Shown here piece by piece: positions 9,557 through 19,677 of a stretch of 64,000 nucleotides of DNA. This DNA is from Deltaproteobacteria bacterium HGW-Deltaproteobacteria-18 (GTDB taxonomy: Bacteria; Desulfobacterota; Desulfovibrionia; Desulfovibrionales; Desulfomicrobiaceae). A program made the position numbers and the translations under genes. The notes below the pieces were generated by a model, which was not told the DNA's origin, did not search any database, and worked only from the letters and a program-made list of their open reading frames with translations. The stretch spans positions 39,871-103,870 of the forward strand of contig PHBE01000018.1 of the NCBI GenBank assembly GCA_002841885.1, in the 5' to 3' direction. Each line of letters starts with the position of its first letter. The stretch's first letter is position 1.

Positions 9557-10837
9557 CTATGTCCAGAGCACGGGGATTTTGTTCTCGAGGTAGGGGTTGA
9601 AATAGCCGTAATTGATCCAGGGGCAGGCTTTTTTGAGCCGCTTCATGAAATTGCCAAGACCCATGGACGGTTCGGTCGGATCTCCGACACAGCCCAGGTA
9701 AAGCTCGGGGTCAAGGCTCAGGTTGCGCATCTGGATGTAGTCGGGCCGGGCGGAGGCGACCAGGTCGGTCAGGGCCTCCAGTTCACTCTCCACGTCATTC
9801 ACGCCGGGGAAGAAAAGATAGTTGAGGGACACGAATAATCCGTGCTCCTTGGCTGTGACGATGGTGCGGCGGACATCGGCGAAGGTGTAGCCGTGGGGTC
9901 GGTAGTAGCTGTTGTAGACGGACTCCCGCGCGCTGTTCAGGCTGACCCGGATGGAGTCAAGGCCGGCCTTGGCCAGGCCGGGCATGGTGTCCGGCAGGCT
10001 CGCATTGGTGTTGATGTTGACCGTGCCCCGGCCGCCCCCGCTGCGGAAGAGGGCGATGGCTTCGGTCAGGAGCGCGGCTTCGGTCAGGGGTTCGCCTTCG
10101 CAGCCCTGGCCGAAAGACATGACCGGATTCTTGGCCCGCTTGGAGTGCAGGTTCATGATCTCGACAATTTCTTTCGCCGTGGGAGTGAAATCAATGCGGT
10201 TCTGGGAGGAAGGAAATCCCGAGTCCAGCGGCTGGTGCGAGATGCAGCCGTAGCAGCGGGCATTGCAGGCTTTGGATGTGGGCAGGGGCGCCTCGAACCG
10301 GCCCAGGGCCAGGTTTTTTGCGGCCGGGCAACAAAAGGTCAGGGCGCAGCGCGAAAGATGCGAGATCAGCCGGTTTTCGGGATAGCGCTTCAGCAGGTCC
10401 TGAGCACCTTTGGTGATCCGTTCCGGCGCGATCTGGCTGAAGACCTGTCTTCTGTCCTTGTCGACCTGGGTGGCTGCGACCCAGAATTTGTCCCTGGCGA
10501 AGCCGATGGCTCCGTATGCGAACAGCGGCAGTTTGGGAGCGTCTGCGTCAGGCAGGTAGGCCGCCGAGGCGGACAGTGTGTAGGACGGGCAGACAAAAGC
10601 GGCCACGGCCCGCTCTTCCATGGCCTCGGCCTTGCCCGTTTCCGGATCGAGCCCGAGGGCGTGACGGCCGGGCAAAAGATACAGGTCGCTGCCTTCGGGC
10701 AGGGGGATGAGTTCGTCCGGGCGGGGCAGGGTCAGTTCGCGGCCCCGGCGCACGAGCATGAGCAGGTCGGGGTGGTCGTAAACATTGCCGTCCGCATCCG
10801 CGAACACCATGACGGGCTGGATTTTTTTGCTGCTCAA
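9557..10837 (-). CDS. Uncharacterised radical SAM protein with long N-terminal extension
   Basis: CNARCYGC (CxxxCxxC), SFGQGCEGEPL, NINTNAS, SIRVSLNS. TTG start at 10837 after AAAGGAG. Confidence 0.85.
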   Translation of the reverse strand: MSSKKIQPVMVFADADGNVYDHPDLLMLVRRGRELTLPRPDELIPLPEGSDLYLLPGRHALGLDPETGKAEAMEERAVAAFVCPSYTLSASAAYLPDADAPKLPLFAYGAIGFARDKFWVAATQVDKDRRQVFSQIAPERITKGAQDLLKRYPENRLISHLSRCALTFCCPAAKNLALGRFEAPLPTSKACNARCYGCISHQPLDSGFPSSQNRIDFTPTAKEIVEIMNLHSKRAKNPVMSFGQGCEGEPLTEAALLTEAIALFRSGGGRGTVNINTNASLPDTMPGLAKAGLDSIRVSLNSARESVYNSYYRPHGYTFADVRRTIVTAKEHGLFVSLNYLFFPGVNDVESELEALTDLVASARPDYIQMRNLSLDPELYLGCVGDPTEPSMGLGNFMKRLKKACPWINYGYFNPYLENKIPVLWT

Positions 10838-10850
10838 AGGGCGCTCCTTT

Positions 10851-10887
10851 AAAAAAAAGAAGGCAGAGGTGCGCGTGCACCTCTGCC
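10851..10887 (-). terminator. Intrinsic terminator after rpsI
   Basis: Minus strand GGCAGAGGTGC-acgc-GCACCTCTGCC followed by a T-rich tract. Confidence 0.85.
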
Positions 10888-10913
10888 CCAGTGTGTCGAA
10901 AACCAGAGGGCGA

Positions 10914-11306
10914 TTAACGCTTGGAGTACTGGAACCGGGCACGGGCAGCGCGCTGGCCGTACTTCTTTCTTTCCTTGACGCGGGAATCGCGGGTCAGGAA
11001 ACCGGCACGCTTGAGCACGCCGCGCATTTCCGGATCGAATTCAAGCAGGGCACGGCTGATGCCGTGGCGCACGGCCTGAGCCTGTCCGGAAAGACCGCCG
11101 CCGGTAACACGGCAGGCGATGTTGAATTTTTCGAGGGTCTTGGTCAGCTTCAGGGGCTGACGAATGATCATCTGCAACGTGGCCCGGGGAAAGTAATCAC
11201 CCAGTTCGCGACCGTTGACAGTGATTGTCCCTGTGCCTTTATACAGTCTGGTCCGGGAAACGGATGTCTTTCTTTTGCCGGTACCGTAGAAGAAATCTTG
11301 ACTCAT
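10914..11306 (-). CDS. rpsI: 30S ribosomal protein S9
   Basis: [36 protein letters not shown] terminus. Confidence 0.98.
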   Translation of the reverse strand: MSQDFFYGTGKRKTSVSRTRLYKGTGTITVNGRELGDYFPRATLQMIIRQPLKLTKTLEKFNIACRVTGGGLSGQAQAVRHGISRALLEFDPEMRGVLKRAGFLTRDSRVKERKKYGQRAARARFQYSKR

Positions 11307-11324
11307 AATCTTCTCCATCCCTGA

Positions 11325-11753
11325 TTAGATGTCCAGCACTTCAGGCTGCTGTGCCTGGTGAGGATGTTCCGTGCCGGTGTATACTTTCAGTTTCTTGATC
11401 AGCTGAAAGCCCAATGCGCTTTTGGGCAGCATGCCTTTGACCGCCTTGGTGATGACCGTTTCCGGGCTTTTGACCATCATTTCTTCCAGAGTGGTTTCCC
11501 GAAGGCCGCCTACATAACCTGTGTAACGGTAGTAGGTCTTCTGGGAAGCCTTCTGCCCGGTTACCTTGATCTTGTCCGCGTTGATGACGATGATGAAATC
11601 ACCGTTATCCATGTGCGGGGCGAACTCGGCCTTGTGTTTTCCCCGGAGGCGGGTTGCTATTTCCGTTGCAAGTCGGCCCAGGACCTTGTCCTTGGCGTCG
11701 ACAAGGTACCATTTGTGGGTCAGTTCACTTGCTTTGGGACTATACGTCTTCAT
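11325..11753 (-). CDS. rplM: 50S ribosomal protein L13
   Basis: [42 protein letters not shown]; start moved to ATG 11753. Confidence 0.98.
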   Translation of the reverse strand: MKTYSPKASELTHKWYLVDAKDKVLGRLATEIATRLRGKHKAEFAPHMDNGDFIIVINADKIKVTGQKASQKTYYRYTGYVGGLRETTLEEMMVKSPETVITKAVKGMLPKSALGFQLIKKLKVYTGTEHPHQAQQPEVLDI

Positions 11754-11896
11754 TTCTGTGGCTCCTGCCTGATAAACCCGAGTCGTTGCGGGTGCTTTCA
11801 ACCTTGAGATCGGAGGTAACATGCACAAATGGTTGTGCTTTACCACCGTAACCGCTACAACGTAACGAAACAATGCATGTGGGATAAGGGAAGAAA

Positions 11897-11925
11897 CAGC
11901 TATCTGTCCTAAGCCTGCTTGTAAA
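11897..11925 (-). promoter_or_regulatory. Putative sigma70 promoter of rplM-rpsI
   Basis: TTTACA-N17-TAGCTG; would give a leader of roughly 135 nt. Confidence 0.35.
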
Positions 11926-11992
11926 GCATTTTTCTTGTTTTTTTCAGAAAAAATTTCATCCGCCGGGCAGCTCCGGCAACACGGGGAGGTCG

Positions 11993-13246
11993 ATGGTGGC
12001 CAGTATACGCAAGGGTTTGCTTCAGCTTGTGTTTTCCGGGAGTTTCATGAAACGCTGGAACGACAAGATGCGTCCCATGGAACTTGTGGAAGTCGACAAG
12101 CAGGCCCACAAGATGATCGTCGCCTGGCTGCTTTTCGAGCTCAACTCCCAGAGTCTGCCGCCAAAGGAAAAGGCCGTCCTTGGCGAGGACATCGTGCGAG
12201 GCGGGATCTATGACTACCTCTACCGACTGGTCATAACCGACATCAAGCCGCCGATCTTCTACCAGATCAAGTCCAATCCGGCGCATTATCAGAAACTCAC
12301 GGCCTGGGTTCTCAATGAATTGCAGCCGCGTGTCCAGCCCCTGGGCAAGGAATTCTGGGATGGCATGAAGGACCATTTCGAGCGGCAGGTCAGCGGCGAC
12401 CAGAGCCTGGCCTCGCGAATCCTCGACGCCGCGCATCTCTTTGCCAGCAGGTGGGAATTCCACCTCATCCGGGACATGAACAAATGGGATGAGGAGATGG
12501 ACGACATCGAGGACAATTTCAGGCGCGGGCTCGAGGCGCATCTGGATCTGACCGGCGTGCGCCAGCTGATCGAGGGTCCGAGCACCCGGCTCGGCAAGTT
12601 CGCCTTCATGTGCGGACAGCTGCGTTTCCAGAAGCGCTGGTCCCAGACCCCGCGCATTCCTGAGACTTCCGTTTTGGGGCACATGTTCATCGTGGCCTGC
12701 CTGGCCTATTTTTTCAGTATCGCCGTTGGCGCGTGTCCGGTGCGCAGAAAAAACAATTTCTATGCAGGGCTTTTTCACGATATCCCGGAGCTTCTGACCC
12801 GGGACATCATCTCCCCGGTCAAGAGTTCGGTCCAGGGCATCGGGGATCTGATCCGTGAATACGAGGGCCGGGAACTTGAGCGCCGCCTCTTTTCCATTCT
12901 GGACCGATCAGTGTATGGGGGGCTTGTGGATCGGCTGGAATATTTTCTGGGCATCGAGGTCGGCTCGGAGTTCGAGGCCACCATCATGGAGGACGGGCGG
13001 GCGAAAGTCGTGAGCTGGGAGCAGTTGCAGGGGCCCTACAACCGCGACGAGTTCTGTCCCAAGGACGGCAGAATGCTGAAAGTGTGCGACCATCTGGCCG
13101 CCTTTCTCGAAGCCTACACCGCCTTGTCCAACGGTATCACCAATGCCCACCTGCAACAGGCTTCGTGGCGGATCAGGACATTGTATCAGAACCAGTCGCT
13201 GACGGATGAATTGCACATCGGCGCGCTTTTGGCGGATTTCGACTGA
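11993..13246 (+). CDS. HD-domain protein with two YfbR-like repeats (first degenerate)
   Basis: Repeat 2: [33 protein letters not shown]. Repeat 1: [32 protein letters not shown]. Confidence 0.8.
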   Translation: MVASIRKGLLQLVFSGSFMKRWNDKMRPMELVEVDKQAHKMIVAWLLFELNSQSLPPKEKAVLGEDIVRGGIYDYLYRLVITDIKPPIFYQIKSNPAHYQKLTAWVLNELQPRVQPLGKEFWDGMKDHFERQVSGDQSLASRILDAAHLFASRWEFHLIRDMNKWDEEMDDIEDNFRRGLEAHLDLTGVRQLIEGPSTRLGKFAFMCGQLRFQKRWSQTPRIPETSVLGHMFIVACLAYFFSIAVGACPVRRKNNFYAGLFHDIPELLTRDIISPVKSSVQGIGDLIREYEGRELERRLFSILDRSVYGGLVDRLEYFLGIEVGSEFEATIMEDGRAKVVSWEQLQGPYNRDEFCPKDGRMLKVCDHLAAFLEAYTALSNGITNAHLQQASWRIRTLYQNQSLTDELHIGALLADFD

Positions 13247-13299
13247 GTGAACTCAGGGCCGGGCCCTATTCTTCATTATCATTAAAAAGGGGAAAAATC

Positions 13300-13776
13300 A
13301 TGATGCTACGCAAGCGGGTCTGGGATATCATGCGTGAGGATTTTGCGCGCGTGCGTGAGGACGCGAGCCTTTCCGAGGCCATCACCGCCCTGCGGCAAAT
13401 TCGCGCCAAACAGCCGGACACCAGCTTCGTGCTGGTCTTTTCCAAGAACGACAAATTCATAGGCGTACTGTCCATGTGGAACCTGATCCAGGGCATTGGT
13501 CCGTGTCTGCTCAAGGGCTCCGTTCTCGACGGCAACGAGGTGGACTGGGACAGCGCTTTTGCCCATGCTTGCCGCAGCTGCTCCCAGGTCCGCATTTCGG
13601 AATGCCTGCAGCATGACATTCCCATGCTCAAACCTAACGATCCGCTGGCCCGGGTGCTTGAGGTATTCCTCGACTACCGTCGTGGTCGCGCAGTGGTCGA
13701 GGAGGGAGGGAAGATCATCGGCGTGGTCTGCATGGCCGATCTGTTCAAGGAAATCGGCGATTCTCTGATGCCATAG
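13300..13776 (+). CDS. Stand-alone CBS-pair protein
   Basis: VWDIM..ASLSEAI..KFIGVLS and VVEEGGKIIGVVCMADL CBS patterns. Confidence 0.8.
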   Translation: MMLRKRVWDIMREDFARVREDASLSEAITALRQIRAKQPDTSFVLVFSKNDKFIGVLSMWNLIQGIGPCLLKGSVLDGNEVDWDSAFAHACRSCSQVRISECLQHDIPMLKPNDPLARVLEVFLDYRRGRAVVEEGGKIIGVVCMADLFKEIGDSLMP

Positions 13777-13877
13777 TTTTCTTCCGAGAGAGCTGGCGTC
13801 CCCGGCTCTCCAAGATATCTTTTTCCCGAAGGATTTTTCAGCGCCCCCGGCGTTTCCTTCGCAAGTGAGCTGCCATA

Positions 13878-16800
13878 ATGAGCTGCACCAAAAAGGGCTT
13901 AAGATCCGGGGTCCGCCTTCTGGCGGGCGCGGCTCTTGTCTTTGTCTCCCTATTTTTTATTGTCCCGGGTGCGCTGGCCGTCCCCGGGAAGATCGTTGTT
14001 GCGGATGACAAGGATTATCCCCCGTACATATTTCTCGATGCCGCTGGCGATCCCAGGGGGATTCTGGTTGATATCTGGGAACTGTGGAGCAGGAAGACCG
14101 GCATCACCGTGGAATTTCATCTCATGGAGTGGAGCGCCGCTCTCGAGGCGGTCAAGGACGGGCAGGCCGACGCGGTTGGCGGGATGGCCCGCACGCCGGT
14201 GCGTGAGGAAGTTTTCGACCTGACGACCCAGATCGCCGCCATACCCTCGGCCATTTTTTTTCAAGGCCAGCTTGGGGGGATCAAGAATGTCAAAGATCTC
14301 GCTGGGTTTTCGGTAGGAATTGTCGGCGGGGACGCTGCGCGGGACGTGGCCCTGTCGCGTTATCCGGAATTGCGGTTCGCCACGTTTCCCGGCGCGCACG
14401 AACTTGTCGAGGCGGCAATTTCAGGTGAGATCAAGGTGTTCATCTCGGACGTGCCCGTGGCGCGGCATTATCTGGCTCGGCATGAGGGCAGCGCCGTGTT
14501 TCGCCAGGCCTCGGAACTGGTTTTGACACATGCCGTGCACGGGGCAGTGCGCAAGAACAATGCCGAGCTTCTGGGAGTGATACAGGGCGGGTTCGATCAA
14601 ATCACGGAGTCCGAAATCGAAGCAATCATGGACGATTGGCATGGTCGCTCCGCACAAGCGTCTTTGCCTTGGCACATGATTGTCTCCTGGTTCGGGATTT
14701 TAATCGTAATACTGTTGGGTGTTTTTTCGTGGAATTTCATCCTGCGCAGACGAGTGTTCGAAAAAACAGCAGCGTTGGCGGAGTCTGTGCGCGAGGCAAG
14801 TCAGGGAAAGGAAAAATACAGACTTCTGGTGGAGCATCAGACCGATCTGGTGGTCAAGGTCGATTTGGAGGGCCGTTTTCTTTACGTGAGCCCGGCATAT
14901 TGCCGGGTTTTTGGAAAGTCCGAAGACGAATTGTTGAATTCGACCTTCATGCCGCTTATTCATGCAGAGGATCTGCCCGCCACCGAAGAGGCCTTGAAGG
15001 CGCTGCATGTCCCGCCGCATACCGCCTACTTGGAGCAGCGCGCCATGACTGTCGAGGGTTGGCGCTGGTTTGCCTGGAACGATTCGGCCGTTCTGGGAGA
15101 GGACGGGGAGATCGAGGCTATCGTCGGCGTTGGCCGGGATATCTCCGAGCGCAAAAAGGGCGAGGAGCTGCTGCGTCAGAGTGAAGAGCGCTTCGCCAAG
15201 GCCTTTCATTCCAGCCCGGCGCCGCTGGTCATCTCCGACATTGCCACCGGCCGTTTCATCGACGTCAATGCGAGATGGTTGGAGATGCTCGGTTATGCAA
15301 AGAATGACCAGATCGGGCGGACCTCCAAAGAGGTCGGGATATGGGCGGATCCGAAATTCAGGGACAGGGCCACTGAAATCCTGCGCAGGTATGGCTCCTT
15401 CAAGGAGTTCCCCATCGAGTTCTTGACCAAAACGGGCAGCGTGCGATCCGTCCTCTGGTCCGCCGAGACCATCGTTCTTGAGGGCCGGGAGGTCATGCTT
15501 TCACTGCTTTTCGACTATACCGAGCGTAAAAGGGCGGAAGAAGACTTGCGCAAAAGCGAGAAGCTCTATCGCTCGGTCATCGACAACATTCATGATGTCT
15601 TTTACCGCACCGATGCCGAGGGCCGGCTGTCCATGGTCAGCCCTTCGGGAGTCCGTCTGCTCGGTTACGAAAGCAGCGAAGAGATGCTCGGACGGCTGAA
15701 CGAGGAGTTCTGGTTCAAGCCGGAGGAGCGCCGGGATTTCCTGCAGCGAATCCAGGCTGACGGGTTTGTTGCCGACTTCGAGGTGATGCTGAAGCGCAAG
15801 GACGGCGAACCTGTGCTCGTGGCCACATCGAGCGGGCTTTATCGTGACGATGAGGGCTCCGTGCTTGGGGTCGAGGGGATTTTTCGCGACATCACCGAAC
15901 GTAAACGAACCGAGGAGCGGCTGCGTCAATCCGAGGAGAAATTTTCACGCCTCTTCAAGCTTTCACCGGACGCCATCTCCCTTTCCGATCCTGACAGCGG
16001 CCTGTTGGTTGAAGTAAACGACGCGTACGCAAGGCTCACGGGATACCGTCAGGATGAGCTTGTGGGCAGAAGCGCCCTTGAGATCGGTCTGTTCGTAGAC
16101 CCTCAAAGCCGCAGGCGGGTGGTTGAGCGCCTGAAGAGCACCGGCCAGGTCAACAACACGGAGATTGAATTTAGGCGCAAGGATGGCGCCCTCGTGATGT
16201 GCAGTGTTTCAGCACAGTTCATAACTCTTGGGGCGGAACGTTTTCTTCTGGCCGTGATACGGGACGTGACGGAGTTCAGGCGTATGCAGGAGATGATGAT
16301 CCAGAGCGAGAAGATGGTCTCCGTGGGTGGAATCGCGGCCGGAATCGCTCATGAGATCAACAATCCGCTGGGAATTATCGTGCAGACCGCGCAGAATCTG
16401 GTGCAGCGCACCCGTCCGGATTTTCACAGGAACATCGAAGTGGCCCAGAGCATCGGCCTGGACATGGAGTTGCTCGAAAAATACATGCAGGCACGTAAAA
16501 TCCTGCCATTTGTGCAGGATATGCAGGCCGCTGCATTGCGAGCGGCAGAAATCATCCGCCACATGCTCGACTTCAGCCGTCGCAGCGAATCCAGGCGCGC
16601 TGTCTGCTCGATACCGGTCATTGTGGATCGGGCCGTGATCCTGGCGCAAAATGACTATGACCTGAAGAAGAGCTTTGATTTCAAACGAATCCGCATCGAC
16701 AGGGAGTATGCAGCGAATCTTGTGCAGATCCAATGCACGGAGACGGAACTTGAGCAGGTGTTTCTGAATCTGTTGCGCAATGCTGCACAGGCCATGAGCA

Positions 16801-17117
16801 TGGGCGAATCCCCGCCGGATGATCCGAGGATCGTGGTGCGGTTGTCGAACCATGCCTCGGGAGTGCGATGCGAGTTCGAGGACAACGGGCCGGGCATGCC
16901 GCCGGAGATTCTGCGCCGGGTCTTCGAGCCGTTCTATACCACCAAGGCTCCAGGCGTCGGTACTGGCCTAGGTCTTTCCGTGTCCTACTTCATAGTGACA
17001 CGGGGCCATGGCGGAAAAATGTGGGTGGAATCGACTCCCGGCAACGGAACCAGATTTGTGATCGAGCTGCCCGCAAGCGGATGGCGGGGACAGGATCCGG
17101 GCTACGGCCAGGGATGA
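13878..17117 (+). CDS. Sensor histidine kinase: periplasmic binding domain, 4 PAS/PAC, HisKA, HATPase
   Basis: DKDYPPY PBPb motif, TM segment, four PAS repeats, AHEINNPL H-box, EQVFLNLLRNA, EDNGPGM, FEPFYTTK, GTGLGL. Confidence 0.92.
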   Translation: MSCTKKGLRSGVRLLAGAALVFVSLFFIVPGALAVPGKIVVADDKDYPPYIFLDAAGDPRGILVDIWELWSRKTGITVEFHLMEWSAALEAVKDGQADAVGGMARTPVREEVFDLTTQIAAIPSAIFFQGQLGGIKNVKDLAGFSVGIVGGDAARDVALSRYPELRFATFPGAHELVEAAISGEIKVFISDVPVARHYLARHEGSAVFRQASELVLTHAVHGAVRKNNAELLGVIQGGFDQITESEIEAIMDDWHGRSAQASLPWHMIVSWFGILIVILLGVFSWNFILRRRVFEKTAALAESVREASQGKEKYRLLVEHQTDLVVKVDLEGRFLYVSPAYCRVFGKSEDELLNSTFMPLIHAEDLPATEEALKALHVPPHTAYLEQRAMTVEGWRWFAWNDSAVLGEDGEIEAIVGVGRDISERKKGEELLRQSEERFAKAFHSSPAPLVISDIATGRFIDVNARWLEMLGYAKNDQIGRTSKEVGIWADPKFRDRATEILRRYGSFKEFPIEFLTKTGSVRSVLWSAETIVLEGREVMLSLLFDYTERKRAEEDLRKSEKLYRSVIDNIHDVFYRTDAEGRLSMVSPSGVRLLGYESSEEMLGRLNEEFWFKPEERRDFLQRIQADGFVADFEVMLKRKDGEPVLVATSSGLYRDDEGSVLGVEGIFRDITERKRTEERLRQSEEKFSRLFKLSPDAISLSDPDSGLLVEVNDAYARLTGYRQDELVGRSALEIGLFVDPQSRRRVVERLKSTGQVNNTEIEFRRKDGALVMCSVSAQFITLGAERFLLAVIRDVTEFRRMQEMMIQSEKMVSVGGIAAGIAHEINNPLGIIVQTAQNLVQRTRPDFHRNIEVAQSIGLDMELLEKYMQARKILPFVQDMQAAALRAAEIIRHMLDFSRRSESRRAVCSIPVIVDRAVILAQNDYDLKKSFDFKRIRIDREYAANLVQIQCTETELEQVFLNLLRNAAQAMSMGESPPDDPRIVVRLSNHASGVRCEFEDNGPGMPPEILRRVFEPFYTTKAPGVGTGLGLSVSYFIVTRGHGGKMWVESTPGNGTRFVIELPASGWRGQDPGYGQG

Positions 17118-17141
17118 GTCGAAGCCCCGCAGAGGTAAATG

Positions 17142-17178
17142 AAAAGCCCCCACGACGATTACGTGTCGCGGGGGCTTT
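17142..17178. terminator. Bidirectional terminator between the kinase and lon
   Basis: AAAAGCCCCCACGAC...GTCGCGGGGGCTTT between convergent genes. Confidence 0.75.
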
Positions 17179-17201
17179 CTTGACGATGGGCATTGGGCGG
17201 A

Positions 17202-19616
17202 TCATTCGCTTTTCATCGAGCGTACTTCCGGCCAGATTTCGTCGATGGTTTCGACGGTTTTGACCGTGATGCGTTTTCTGAGTTCCTTCGGGATCTCGTC
17301 CAAGTCGTGGGCGTTGCGGGCCGGGATGAGCACCTTCTTGACCCCGTGGCTGACAGCCGCCAGGATTTTTTCCTTGATTCCGCCAACCGGCATGACCCGA
17401 CCGCGCAGGGTGATCTCGCCGGTCATGGCCACATCCGAGGCAACGGGTTCGTTGCTGATGGCCGACATGAGCGCCGTGACCAGGGTCACACCCGCCGATG
17501 GCCCGTCTTTGGGAGTGGCGCCGGCCGGGACATGGATGTGAATGTCGTGCGTGTCGAAGAAGTCATCTGCAAGTTTCAGACTCGCGCTCTTGGTGCGGGC
17601 AAAGCTCAGTGCGGCCTGGGCGCTCTCCTTCATGACCTCTCCGAGCTTCCCGGTCAGGATGAGTTTGCCCTTGCCCGGCAGCAGGCTGCATTCGATGTGC
17701 AGGATCTCGCCGCCGTAAGGCGTCCAGGCAAGGCCCAGGGCCACGCCGGGAGGCATGGAACTTTCGCGCTCCTCATCCATGAATTTGGGCTGTCCCAGGA
17801 GTTTGGTGAGCGCCGAGGTGGTCACGCGGAATGGTCCCTTCTTGCCTTCGGCCACCCGGCGGGCGTATTTTCGGCAGATGGAGCCGATCTCCCGTTCCAG
17901 GTTGCGCAAGCCCGCCTCGCGCGTGTAGCCTCTGATGATTTCGGCCAGAACCGCGTCGGAGATGATCAGGGTATCATTGGTGAGGCCGTTTTCCTTGATC
18001 TGTCTGGTCAAGAGATAACGCCTCGCGATGATGGTCTTTTCCTGCTCGGTGTAACCGGGAATGCGGATCACTTCCATGCGGTCCAGGAGCGCCGAGGGGA
18101 TGGTATCGAGCATGTTGGCCGTGCAGATGAACATGACCTTGGACAGATCGTAGGGCACGTTCAGGTAATGATCCGTAAAGGAGTTGTTCTGTTCCGGGTC
18201 GAGCACCTCCAGCAGCGCCGAGGATGGATCGCCCCGGAAATCGTTGCCGAGCTTGTCGATTTCGTCGAGCATGATGACTGGGTTGACCGTCCCGGCATCC
18301 TTCATGGACTGGATGATACGGCCAGGCATGGCGCCGATGTAGGTGCGGCGATGTCCTCGGATTTCGGCCTCGTCACGCATTCCGCCCAGCGACATGCGCA
18401 CGAATTTACGTCCGAGGGATCTGGCGATGGACTTGCCAAGGGATGTCTTGCCCACGCCGGGAGGGCCGACGAAGCACAGGATCGGGCCCTTCATGGACGG
18501 GTTGAGTTTGCGTACGCTCAGGTATTCGAGGATGCGCTCCTTGACCTTCTCCAGGTTGTAGTGGTCCTCATGCAGGATCTTGGCGGCCTCTTTGATGTCG
18601 AGCCGGTCTTTTGATGTCTTTTTCCAGGGCAGATCGATGAGCCAGTCGATATAGGTGCGCAGGATGGTCGCTTCCGAGCTGTCCGGGTGCATGGACTCAA
18701 GGCGCGAGAGCTGCTTGTCGGCCTCTTTTTTCACCTTCTTGGGCAGGCCTATGGAGTTCAGGGTTTTTCTGAGTTCCTCCATCTCCTCGCCTTCGCCGCC
18801 CTTGTCGCCAAGCTCGCGGCGGATGGCCTTCAGCTGCTCGCGCAGGAAGTATTCGCGCTGGGCCTTATCCATCCCTTCCTTGGCCATGCTCTGAATCTTG
18901 GCCTGCATGGAGGCCACTTCCACTTCCTTGACCAGTTGCGAGTTGACCAGATTCAGGCGCTCGATGGGATCATGACTCTCAAGGATGCGCTGGGCTTCGG
19001 AGGACTTCATGCGCAGGTTCGATGCCACGAGATCGGCCAGGCGGCCATGCTCGTTCACGGCGTTGAGCACATTCATGATCTCGCCGGCGTCGATGCCGCG
19101 CAGGGTCAGGATTTTTTCGCTCTGTTCCTTGACCGAGCGCAGCAGGGCTTCCTCTTCGGGGCCGGGATTTTCAACCACGAGCTCGTCGATGGTTTCGATC
19201 TTGACCATGTCGAAGGGGTCGTGCTGGACAAATTCGGTGATTCTGGCGCGCGTCAGCCCCTGCACCAGTACTTTAAGGCGGCCGTCGGGCATCTTGAGCA
19301 TGCGCATGATCATGGCCACTGTGCCGGTTGCGTAGAGATCTTCGGGAGAAGGATCATCCACTCCCTCGTCCTTTTGGGTGCTGATGAAGATGTACCGGCT
19401 GCCATTGAGCGCCGCGTCCACAGCCTGAACGCTCTTTTCACGTCCAACGAACAGGGGCAGGATCATGTAATTGAAGACGACAATGTCCCTGACCGCCAAA
19501 AGAGGCATGGTGGTCGGGATTTCCGCTTCCTGAACGGAGCTGTCGGCGCTGGCTGTATTGGAATTTTCGCCCTGAAGTTCGTTTTTTTCCGGGGAAAACG
19601 ATTTTTCGTCGCTCAT
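17202..19616 (-). CDS. lon: ATP-dependent Lon protease
   Basis: GPPGVGKTS, RGHRRTYIGAMPG, LDEIDK, PKDGPSAG (Ser), VGGIKEK (Lys). Confidence 0.97.
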   Translation of the reverse strand: MSDEKSFSPEKNELQGENSNTASADSSVQEAEIPTTMPLLAVRDIVVFNYMILPLFVGREKSVQAVDAALNGSRYIFISTQKDEGVDDPSPEDLYATGTVAMIMRMLKMPDGRLKVLVQGLTRARITEFVQHDPFDMVKIETIDELVVENPGPEEEALLRSVKEQSEKILTLRGIDAGEIMNVLNAVNEHGRLADLVASNLRMKSSEAQRILESHDPIERLNLVNSQLVKEVEVASMQAKIQSMAKEGMDKAQREYFLREQLKAIRRELGDKGGEGEEMEELRKTLNSIGLPKKVKKEADKQLSRLESMHPDSSEATILRTYIDWLIDLPWKKTSKDRLDIKEAAKILHEDHYNLEKVKERILEYLSVRKLNPSMKGPILCFVGPPGVGKTSLGKSIARSLGRKFVRMSLGGMRDEAEIRGHRRTYIGAMPGRIIQSMKDAGTVNPVIMLDEIDKLGNDFRGDPSSALLEVLDPEQNNSFTDHYLNVPYDLSKVMFICTANMLDTIPSALLDRMEVIRIPGYTEQEKTIIARRYLLTRQIKENGLTNDTLIISDAVLAEIIRGYTREAGLRNLEREIGSICRKYARRVAEGKKGPFRVTTSALTKLLGQPKFMDEERESSMPPGVALGLAWTPYGGEILHIECSLLPGKGKLILTGKLGEVMKESAQAALSFARTKSASLKLADDFFDTHDIHIHVPAGATPKDGPSAGVTLVTALMSAISNEPVASDVAMTGEITLRGRVMPVGGIKEKILAAVSHGVKKVLIPARNAHDLDEIPKELRKRITVKTVETIDEIWPEVRSMKSE

Positions 19617-19677
19617 GAAAGTCTCCTCGTGGTGTTGTATTCGCGTAATTTCTAGCCGCGAAAAGCAAATTCAGTCA

